NCBI GenBank assembly: GCA_016932915.1
Contig: JAFGBY010000030.1
Coordinates: 9,671-73,670, forward strand
Length of the DNA: 64,000 nt
Reading direction: 5' to 3'
DNA from: Acidobacteriota bacterium
GTDB lineage: Bacteria > Acidobacteriota > DATKUA01 > JAFGBY01
Part shown: one piece after another, positions 9,559 to 17,852 of the stretch
Layout: every line of letters starts with the position of its first letter
Numbering within the stretch: the first letter of the stretch is position 1
Made by a program: the position numbers and the translations under genes
Notes under the pieces: model-generated
The model's database searches: none
What the model saw: the letters and a program-made list of their open reading frames with translations, nothing else
What the model was told of the DNA's origin: nothing

Positions 9559-12465
9559 ATGAAGACAATAAAAAGCATTTCTGTTTTAATTATTCTTTCC
9601 ATCTTGGTTTCACCGGTTATGTTTTCTCAAACATTTGGTAAGAATAAGGTAAATTACGACGATTTTGACTGGATGGTTTATAAAACCCCGCATTTTGATA
9701 TATTCTATTATTCATCAGAAGAACATCTTCTCAATACGTTCACGCAGTGGCTCGAATCATCCTATATTTATCTTTCAAAAAAGTATGATTGGGTTCTTTC
9801 AAAAAGAATTCCGGTATTCTTCTATAAAACTAAAAGTGAATTTGAACAAACGACTTTGTACCCCGCCTTCCTTCCCTGGAATATTGAAGCTTTCGCTGAA
9901 GGCTTGAGAAACAGGTTCGTAATACCGCTGGATCAACCGCCGGCAGCGATGCAGCAGCTTATTGTGCATGAAATGACCCACATTTTTCAATACGATATTT
10001 TTTATAATCTAAGTTATGCCAAGAGAATACTGGCGACGCCACCAATGTGGCTTATGGAAGGTATGGCTGAACATAGCGCCAGGGGATACACTACAGAGGA
10101 TGAAATGCGTGTCCGGGATATAGTCCTGCATGATGCTGTGCCGGATATCCGTCAACTTGGATCCAGCCAGTTTATTGCGTACCAACTTGGACAGACTATC
10201 ATCGACTATATGGTAGACAGATACAACCAGGAAGGCTTCAATTCTCTTCTGCAATACCTCAGACGCAATGGTGCTGGTGGGGAAAACGTGCTGAAAGGTA
10301 TCGAAGATGTATTTAAAATCACACCTTATGAATTCAGCAATGAATGGCGCAAGTGGTTACGAAGCAAATATATGGAAATGCTGGTAACTAAAAAAGAAGC
10401 GAGCGATTATGGTGATTCAATCAGCCAATCAATAAGACTCAGAATCTTCGGACTGTCATTATCTCCTTCCGGTGAATTGATTACGGCTTTCACAAGCGAC
10501 GGTCTGGATCTCGATATTGCACTTCTGTCTGCAAAAGATGGACACATGATTAAAAACCTAACATCGGGATTGAACGAGGAATATGATTACCTGATAGGGG
10601 GCGAAATAACACATAGATTCCATGGCGGAAAAGATATAGCGTGGTCGCCTGATGGAAACACAGTAGCTGTTTTCGCAAGAACCGGCCAGAAACGTTCCCT
10701 ATTTCTCCTGGATGTATATACAGGAGTTATAAAAGGGAAATTCAGTTTAGAACTTGACCAGGCGCTTAATCCTGAGTTTACAATTGATGGTAAATCTGTT
10801 TTGTTTTCAGCTATTAAAGCAGGAACAAGCAGAGATATTTATAAACTCGATATTGCATCAGGAAAAGTAGAACAGCTTACAAAAGATAACTATTTCAACT
10901 TTGCACCGACTGCATCTAAAGATGGTAAATATGTTTATTTCTTCTCAAACCTTAACGGTTACCGCAAGTTATTCAGATTCCCGATGGATGACCCGTCCAA
11001 AAGAGAACAGATAACTTTCGGTAATTGGAATGACCTGTTCCCATCAATTTCACCAGACGGCAAACGCCTTCTATATATCTCCGATGAAACCGGTATCTAC
11101 AATGTTTATGAAATTGATCTGGAAAACAGAGAAAGAAAACAATATACAGATGTGTTCAGCGGGATTTTCAATCCACAATACACATTAAATAGTGAAACTA
11201 TACTGTTCATGAATTATAACAAGATGGGTTATCAATTCTACAGAATGACCCTGAATAACCCAATCATTGTAAAAAAGATTGATCCAGTAAAGGATGCTCA
11301 AGAACAGAACACCATACGAGCTGATGCCGATTCCTGGAAGGAATGGAATACAGGTTCCACTTATCTTCCTCCAATAGAAGTATCAAAAGATAAACTCGTA
11401 AAAGAACCTTCTTATGATTTCTTTGTAGATGATCTTAACATCAACGCAGGTATGTCCTCCGATGGGACACTCTTGACTCTCTCATACCTGCAATTCAGCG
11501 ATATAACTTCAGCAATCAAATTCCGTTTGAACTTCGCTACAATCGGTTCTTATCGAAATGTCGGGCTTGTATACCTTAACCAACAGGAAAGACTCAACTG
11601 GGGTTTCACTCTATTTGACTATACAAGATATTTCAATTCAAACCTGAATTTCAGCCAGAATGTCAGCAGCGAGCTCCAAACCCTGACTGTTGAAAATATG
11701 GGAGCCACACTCTTCGGTTATTATCCCTTCAGCACGGAAACCAGGTTGGAAGTATCACTTGGTTATGAAAACAGGGATTACAGTTACACAAACGAACTTA
11801 GGGAACAACTCGGTAGCGTAGAAAACTATAATCAATTCTACCAGAGATTTAAAAGCGGTAACTTTGCTCCAATAAGTGTTTCGCTGGTTCATGACAGTAT
11901 TCAATATTATAACTATGAACCTCTCACTGGAACCCGTTTCAGGCTTTCTGCCACACATTCTGTAAAAATTGGCGATGCTATTGACAGCTACACCGATTTC
12001 AATATCGATTACAGGACCTACCTGATGATATCCAGGGATATCGTACTGGCAGTCAGGTTAGTTGGAAACCATAGCTTCGGTGATTCACCTAACATATATT
12101 TCTTCGGAGGTACAGATACCGTAAGAGGCTTGGATTACCTGGAAGTTAACGGTAATACTACATTCTATGGCAACTTCGAATTGAGATTCCCAATAACAAA
12201 GATGGTTGAACTTCCATTCGGAATTTACCTCAGGACAATTCGAGGCCTGGTATTCTTCGATGTAGGTGGAGCTTTCTATGAGGGTGATGATTTCAAATTT
12301 TTCACGGATAACGATTTAATACTGGAGGATGCAGTTGCGGCATATGGGTTCGGATTCAACTTCAACTTTGGCGGCCTAGAATTACACTTTGAATGGGCCA
12401 GGCAGACCGATTTATCCGTAGCCGATGACTGGGAATTCCAGTTCTGGATAGGATATAAATTCTAG
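9559..12465 (+). CDS. Large outer-membrane protein with three regions: an N-terminal gluzincin-like metallopeptidase domain (HEMTH...E), a central TolB/PD40-like beta-propeller, and a C-terminal beta-barrel ending in an aromatic residue.
   Basis: SD AGGAG lies 9 nt upstream of the ATG at 9559. Signal peptide. HExxH (LIVHEMTHIFQYD) with a downstream MEGMAEH. PD40-like repeats (AWSPDGNTVAVFA; SISPDGKRLLYISDETG; FNFAPTASKDGKYVYFFSNLNG). Glycine/aromatic-rich alternating strands and the terminal ...WEFQFWIGYKF (C-terminal Phe). Confidence 0.6.
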   Translation: MKTIKSISVLIILSILVSPVMFSQTFGKNKVNYDDFDWMVYKTPHFDIFYYSSEEHLLNTFTQWLESSYIYLSKKYDWVLSKRIPVFFYKTKSEFEQTTLYPAFLPWNIEAFAEGLRNRFVIPLDQPPAAMQQLIVHEMTHIFQYDIFYNLSYAKRILATPPMWLMEGMAEHSARGYTTEDEMRVRDIVLHDAVPDIRQLGSSQFIAYQLGQTIIDYMVDRYNQEGFNSLLQYLRRNGAGGENVLKGIEDVFKITPYEFSNEWRKWLRSKYMEMLVTKKEASDYGDSISQSIRLRIFGLSLSPSGELITAFTSDGLDLDIALLSAKDGHMIKNLTSGLNEEYDYLIGGEITHRFHGGKDIAWSPDGNTVAVFARTGQKRSLFLLDVYTGVIKGKFSLELDQALNPEFTIDGKSVLFSAIKAGTSRDIYKLDIASGKVEQLTKDNYFNFAPTASKDGKYVYFFSNLNGYRKLFRFPMDDPSKREQITFGNWNDLFPSISPDGKRLLYISDETGIYNVYEIDLENRERKQYTDVFSGIFNPQYTLNSETILFMNYNKMGYQFYRMTLNNPIIVKKIDPVKDAQEQNTIRADADSWKEWNTGSTYLPPIEVSKDKLVKEPSYDFFVDDLNINAGMSSDGTLLTLSYLQFSDITSAIKFRLNFATIGSYRNVGLVYLNQQERLNWGFTLFDYTRYFNSNLNFSQNVSSELQTLTVENMGATLFGYYPFSTETRLEVSLGYENRDYSYTNELREQLGSVENYNQFYQRFKSGNFAPISVSLVHDSIQYYNYEPLTGTRFRLSATHSVKIGDAIDSYTDFNIDYRTYLMISRDIVLAVRLVGNHSFGDSPNIYFFGGTDTVRGLDYLEVNGNTTFYGNFELRFPITKMVELPFGIYLRTIRGLVFFDVGGAFYEGDDFKFFTDNDLILEDAVAAYGFGFNFNFGGLELHFEWARQTDLSVADDWEFQFWIGYKF

Positions 12466-12489
12466 TTTCCAATTTTTATTTTTTATTAT

Positions 12490-12530
12490 CAACCTGCCGT
12501 AAACATCTCACCGGCAGGTTGAATTTTATT
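12490..12530 (+). terminator. Rho-independent terminator after the 9559-12465 gene
   Basis: caacctgccg / cggcaggttg 10-bp stem with a 12-nt loop, followed by aattttatt. Confidence 0.6.
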
Positions 12531-12617
12531 GATCAAAAAGAATTACTGTCATCGCTCTTGCATTAACCATAAGAAAAGTTATAATTAGACAAAGAAATAA
12601 TATTAGAGGGCGCTATT

Positions 12618-13229
12618 ATGGTTGAACATATAGAGTGGCTAGGTCATTCGGCCTTCAGAATAACCGGTGAAAAGACTATCTATATTGACCCCCGTAATCT
12701 GAAGGACGCTGTACCTGCGGATGCAATCCTGATTTCTCACCCTCATGATGACCATTTTTCTCCTGAAGCAATTAAAACACTTCTTACGGGAAATGCGGTA
12801 GTGATATCAATCCCTGATATAGTTAAAAAGCTGCCGGTTCCCGCAAAGACAGTACTCCCGAATGAAAAGGTACATTTAGATAATATTATAATCGAAGCTA
12901 TCCCGGCGTATAATATAAACAAGTCTTTCCACCCCAAACAGAAGGACTGGGTGGGTTTTCTTATAGAAATGAACGGTAAGCGATATTATTATGCCGGCGA
13001 TACAGACGCAATTCCGGAAATGAGAATGTTGAAAAATATCGATGTGGCTATGCTTCCCGTCGGGGGAACATATACAATGAACGCTGAAGAAGCAGCTGCA
13101 GCTGCGAACACATTTAAACCTAAAATTGCCATTCCTTATCACTGGGGTGAAATTGTGGGTACACGTGAAGATGCGGAAAAATTCAAATCACTCTTCAGTG
13201 GTACAACCGAAATCCTCGAGCCAAAGTAA
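12618..13229 (+). CDS. Small MBL-fold metallo-hydrolase
   Basis: ILISHPHDDHFSPEA (HxHxDH) motif, ~200 aa. SD agaggg upstream. Confidence 0.7.
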   Translation: MVEHIEWLGHSAFRITGEKTIYIDPRNLKDAVPADAILISHPHDDHFSPEAIKTLLTGNAVVISIPDIVKKLPVPAKTVLPNEKVHLDNIIIEAIPAYNINKSFHPKQKDWVGFLIEMNGKRYYYAGDTDAIPEMRMLKNIDVAMLPVGGTYTMNAEEAAAAANTFKPKIAIPYHWGEIVGTREDAEKFKSLFSGTTEILEPK

Positions 13230-13238
13230 TCTCTGACA

Positions 13239-13946
13239 TCATCGGATCAACTTGCGCGCATTTTCTTTAAGCCACTGCCTGGCACGTTTAAATTCAGGAA
13301 ATTGACGTTCTTTCCTCCTGAATTCTGCAGGATGTTTCGATAACCTGTTTTTAACTATTCGAGAAGGGTAAATAGCATGTAAAATTTCATGATACATTAG
13401 GTATTCCATCACATACCCTGGAATCTTGGCATTATCTAGTATTGAATTGAAAGTAATGAGGTTATAATCTTTTCTGTAATGTGCATAATAGCTCCGGACA
13501 GATTTCTTACTCCACCCTGTTTTCAAATTCGCAGGCTTCTCACCATTAAAATGGAGATTAATAACTTTCTCATATAAATGATCAAGATCGTAATGTTTGC
13601 CTTCAGCATCATTAATAAGTTTATCAATACGATCAGGATTCCCGATATACGGTTCAATTTCAGCTGAATACTGTTGAAAAATAACCCGGTCTGTCGCAAG
13701 AGGCCTTCGCCTCATTATCTTATGTATCATCATCCTGCCGCCGGCTTTTAAAGCTTCAATATCATTCATTGGCAGCCTTTTATTGTACCGTATCAGCAAT
13801 CCATATTTTTTTACGAATATTTTAATAGTGATAGCGGAGTAATTATAAAACTCAACCTTAACAAATTGCCTTGATGCCTTGCTGTTCTCCCGTCGCCAAT
13901 AGCTGGTCAGGTAGGTTTCAAGGCTTTGTAATAGATTCTCTTCCAT
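13239..13946 (-). CDS. YgjP/DUF45-like (SprT/M48-like) HExxH metal-dependent hydrolase
   Basis: C-terminal YLMYHEILHAIYPSR motif in a ~235-aa basic protein. Family assignment is from memory of the DUF45 signature. Confidence 0.45.
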   Translation of the reverse strand: MEENLLQSLETYLTSYWRRENSKASRQFVKVEFYNYSAITIKIFVKKYGLLIRYNKRLPMNDIEALKAGGRMMIHKIMRRRPLATDRVIFQQYSAEIEPYIGNPDRIDKLINDAEGKHYDLDHLYEKVINLHFNGEKPANLKTGWSKKSVRSYYAHYRKDYNLITFNSILDNAKIPGYVMEYLMYHEILHAIYPSRIVKNRLSKHPAEFRRKERQFPEFKRARQWLKENARKLIR

Positions 13947-14095
13947 AAATTACCTTAAAATGGTACAAACCGGAATATATTAGAGTATAAAAATCCTTAA
14001 TACAAATAATCCTGGTATTTTTTTCCTCTGAATCGTGAATAATTATTAAATTTGAAAGATAAGCGTGTATAATAACCTTAAAAGATGGCGGGTTT

Positions 14096-15895
14096 ATGAC
14101 TAAAGCTAACGTTTTATATCTATTAATAATCCTGGTAATTGTAATTAACTTTTTCTTTCCCTCAGAAATAAATCCACTTATTCAACTGGGCGGGATATAC
14201 GCAATATTCCTTGTTTATATCTCACTTAAAATCGAAGTATTGTATCTAAATAAAAAACTATCTGTTGAAATCCAGAATGCTATTTTCATCTTCCTTGCTA
14301 TTTTAATCTTCTTGATAACAGCAGTCCATGGTGTGTACCTATCGAACAGCAGGGATTATTTTTACATTTTTATGGGATATCTGTTCCTGGCCTCATTTAT
14401 CGGTTCAGTCATGCTCAAGGAGGAATGGATATGGAGAAGTTTTAAGATTCTTGTATTTACTTCATCAATTATCTGCATGTATGCCCTTGCGCAATATCTA
14501 ACCAATTTCTTCGGATTAGCAGATAAAATCGCTGAAATAAAAAACCTGGATCCTTTTATCAGGGATTCTCTCATACAACGACTGGCGGATAAACGGGTTT
14601 TCGCATTTTTTTCTTTACCAACCACTCTAGCAGCATTCCTGGCTTTAATAATGCCCATTGTGGGGGTCCTTTTTATTAGATCAAAAGGAATTAAAAAAAT
14701 TATTATGGCAATTATACTGGGTCTGCATCTTGTCATTCTCTTCCTTACTCAATCATACGGCGGTATTTTAACCCTGTTCGCTGCTGTAGGTGCAGTATGC
14801 CTTCTGATATTGTTCAACAGAAGTAAAAACAGATTAAAAACTATTGGCTATGTATTCTTCTTGATTATAATCGTGGCTGGCGGAATTTATTTGCTGGGTG
14901 AGATCCGCGGCAAGTTATTTGATTTCAGTGATCCTAAAAATCCGGTAGTGTTGCGTCTGACTAACTGGAAAGCAGCTACCAATATTATAAAAGATTATCC
15001 AATGGCCGGCGTGGGCCTCGCAAACTACAAAACAGTTTATCCACAATATTATCAACCAGGCTGGCAGCCATCTGAATTTGCTCATAATACGTATTTACAA
15101 ATTGTAAGCGATGTGGGAATTCCGGCAGGAATAATTCTATTCTTGCTCTTCATCTATTGGTTATGGATGATATTGAAAAAATTCTTTAGCGCCTGCGAGG
15201 CAGCCGATAAAAACCGGCGACAACTCTGTACTGCCCTCTTGATGTCCTCATTTGCCTTTTTGTGTAATAACCTATTTGAAATAAACACCTATTATTTTAG
15301 CTTGGGTATTATGGGTATCTTCATCCTGGCACTGACTACTAAAGTATTGAACCAGGCAAAGGATTCCCAGGAAGGAATTATTTATAATATCCAATTAAAA
15401 AATCATGAGAGCCAGGTGAAGTTCAGGGAAAAGGAAGCGACAATTGTCCTAATTGTTTTATGGTTCATTGTAACAGGCCTGCTCATCCAACGCTTTATCG
15501 GACTGGTTTTTTATAAATCAGCTTCTGACTATTTTAAATCAGGGCATTATACTGTAGCTGAGGATGATATAAGAATTTCAAAATTCGTTGACCCGATAGA
15601 TTCAGAATATTTCTATCTCGATAGTAGAATAAAAACAGAAAACTTTAAAATCACAAAAGATAAAAAGGAAATTGAAAGAGCCATCGAACTCGCTGAGCAC
15701 TCAATTTCGCTTAATCCTCAAATGCCTTACCTACACCGAAACCTGGCATATATATATATCAGGGCAGGAAGAAACTGGGATGCATTAAGGGAATACTATA
15801 AAGCGGATTCACTGTTTCCCATGACAGAAGAACATAAATCCAATCTGGAAGATTTAAAGAAAGCACTAACAGACCCAAATTATGAAAAAAAGTAA
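14096..15895 (+). CDS. Polytopic membrane protein of the O-antigen ligase/Wzy-like type with a C-terminal TPR domain
   Basis: ~10 predicted TM helices with a large loop (Wzy_C-like). C-terminal soluble TPR-like region (NLAYIYIRAGRNWDALREYYKADSLFP). Confidence 0.5.
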   Translation: MTKANVLYLLIILVIVINFFFPSEINPLIQLGGIYAIFLVYISLKIEVLYLNKKLSVEIQNAIFIFLAILIFLITAVHGVYLSNSRDYFYIFMGYLFLASFIGSVMLKEEWIWRSFKILVFTSSIICMYALAQYLTNFFGLADKIAEIKNLDPFIRDSLIQRLADKRVFAFFSLPTTLAAFLALIMPIVGVLFIRSKGIKKIIMAIILGLHLVILFLTQSYGGILTLFAAVGAVCLLILFNRSKNRLKTIGYVFFLIIIVAGGIYLLGEIRGKLFDFSDPKNPVVLRLTNWKAATNIIKDYPMAGVGLANYKTVYPQYYQPGWQPSEFAHNTYLQIVSDVGIPAGIILFLLFIYWLWMILKKFFSACEAADKNRRQLCTALLMSSFAFLCNNLFEINTYYFSLGIMGIFILALTTKVLNQAKDSQEGIIYNIQLKNHESQVKFREKEATIVLIVLWFIVTGLLIQRFIGLVFYKSASDYFKSGHYTVAEDDIRISKFVDPIDSEYFYLDSRIKTENFKITKDKKEIERAIELAEHSISLNPQMPYLHRNLAYIYIRAGRNWDALREYYKADSLFPMTEEHKSNLEDLKKALTDPNYEKK

Positions 15896-17840
15896 AATAA
15901 TCCCACAAAAAGAAACTTTCCTGAGAACATTAAGAGGAATTCTACTCTTATTATTCTTTATCACATTACCGGTTTATAAAGGATCAACTAGCAATGATGG
16001 AATAATGATCTTCCAGAGTTTCCTGTTGATTTTTATTTTTGCATCTGTAATGCCTCAGATATTCAGAACCGGCCGCTTGAGAAAACTGATCACAATCGAT
16101 TTAATCATTATCCTGGCGATTGCACTTTGTTTTTTTCATATTTTGTTTTCTGTGGAAAAATACTCCAGCATAATGCTTTTCACAAATGTTCTACTTACCG
16201 GTCTGTTTTTTATCTTTTACCTGAACCCTATGGATGAAATGGATTTACACCGGTTATGGGTATTCTTTATTCCAGGATATATTATTCAGGTCATAGTGGG
16301 AATTTATCAGCTATTCTTTACCAATATTGAAGCCCTCCGGGGCAGCTTTCGTGATCCGAATTACTACGGCCTTTATTTAACAGTAGGCGCATTAATAACT
16401 CTGGGATTTGCCTTATTTGAATCCAGAACCAAGTTTTTTCTCAAAGTTATTATCTACAGTTCGATCCCAATCGTCTTAATCCTTATTATTATGACAAAAT
16501 CTCGATCAGCGGCAGGAATTTTCATGATTCTGCTCACCGGCATTCTGTTATTTAAAAAGCCGAAATATTCAATTATTGGTATTGCGTTAATAGCGATGGT
16601 AATCATTTTGCCTAATCCATATAAAAACCAGATAAAGGAAACTCATGAGACGGACCCTTATGCATATACAAGAATCGATATATACAAAATGGATCTGAAG
16701 ATGTTTGTTGATCACATGATTGTCGGTACTGGATTAGGTTGCTTTGAAGAATATTCCCCTGAATATAATTTCCCGGTTGAAACAGTAATCGGTCGATACC
16801 GGCAAACACCAAGGCAGGCCCATAGCAGCTATTTCCATTGGATAATTGAAACGGGATTACCTGGACTTGCCTTGTTAGGAATATTTTTCTACATCGTCTT
16901 AAAAAGCTATTTAATTAATATAACTAACATTCTCAAAAAAAGACGGAAACCGAACTATACAACTGGAATTCACTGTGCTCTTCTGGCAATGCTCCTGATG
17001 GCATTATTTCATAATGCACTACATAACAATGCAATCTTCTTGTTAACAATTCTCTCTGTCTCGACGGTTCTAAAAACAGCCAATATGAAGCGTTATAAAA
17101 CTAAAGATTTCGTGATAATTAAGATATTAAGGGAGTGGCGCCTTCTGGCGATTGCATCAACAGTCGTGATCTTCATATGCCTTTTTTATTTCCTTATTTA
17201 TGCTCCCTGGCGCTCACAGGATAAAATAGAAATGGCCCAAAATAAATATGATTTCAATCAATACAAGGATGCATTAAGATATTCAGAGGAAGCGATCCGC
17301 CTAATGCCATTATTCCCCAAAGCTTATATCATGCGAGGCCAAATTTACCAGGATCACTTTCATAGGAATGAAAACCTCAATTCCGCTTTTACCGCCCTTT
17401 TCGAATATGAAAAAGCTGCAGAAATTGCTCCAAGAAATCTAAACGTTCTGGATAGACAATTAGAAATTCTGATATTTATTGAAGAGTATATTCATAAATC
17501 CAATCCCTCTATCTATCTCCCTGACCTCGAGGAAAGAATAATCCGTCTGTACGAGAAAAAAATCGCGTTAGCACCAAAGAATGTTTTTACTCTTTATAAT
17601 TATTCAAATTATCTCGCCAAAAAAAATATTCATGAGAATGCCATCCGTCTTCTATTACATGCAACGGAACTTGAACCAAATTTTGTTGGCGCTCACAGGA
17701 TACTGGGAGAATTATACATGATCGAAGGTAACGCTAAAGAAAGTCAATATCACCTGCAGAAGGTTTTAGAAATTCAATCAAAATATAATTACAAAGATTA
17801 TATAGAACACGATCATTATCTGGCCCAGTTACTGCGGTAA
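15882..17840 (+). CDS. Second Wzy/O-antigen-ligase-like membrane protein with a C-terminal TPR domain. Tandem paralogue of the upstream gene, overlapping it by 14 nt.
   Basis: Same architecture as 14096-15895. C-terminal TPRs (AYIMRGQIYQDHF...; AHRILGELYMIEGNAKESQYHLQKVLEIQ). Confidence 0.5.
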   Translation: MKKSKIIPQKETFLRTLRGILLLLFFITLPVYKGSTSNDGIMIFQSFLLIFIFASVMPQIFRTGRLRKLITIDLIIILAIALCFFHILFSVEKYSSIMLFTNVLLTGLFFIFYLNPMDEMDLHRLWVFFIPGYIIQVIVGIYQLFFTNIEALRGSFRDPNYYGLYLTVGALITLGFALFESRTKFFLKVIIYSSIPIVLILIIMTKSRSAAGIFMILLTGILLFKKPKYSIIGIALIAMVIILPNPYKNQIKETHETDPYAYTRIDIYKMDLKMFVDHMIVGTGLGCFEEYSPEYNFPVETVIGRYRQTPRQAHSSYFHWIIETGLPGLALLGIFFYIVLKSYLINITNILKKRRKPNYTTGIHCALLAMLLMALFHNALHNNAIFLLTILSVSTVLKTANMKRYKTKDFVIIKILREWRLLAIASTVVIFICLFYFLIYAPWRSQDKIEMAQNKYDFNQYKDALRYSEEAIRLMPLFPKAYIMRGQIYQDHFHRNENLNSAFTALFEYEKAAEIAPRNLNVLDRQLEILIFIEEYIHKSNPSIYLPDLEERIIRLYEKKIALAPKNVFTLYNYSNYLAKKNIHENAIRLLLHATELEPNFVGAHRILGELYMIEGNAKESQYHLQKVLEIQSKYNYKDYIEHDHYLAQLLR

Positions 17841-17852
17841 TAAGGAGTTCGT

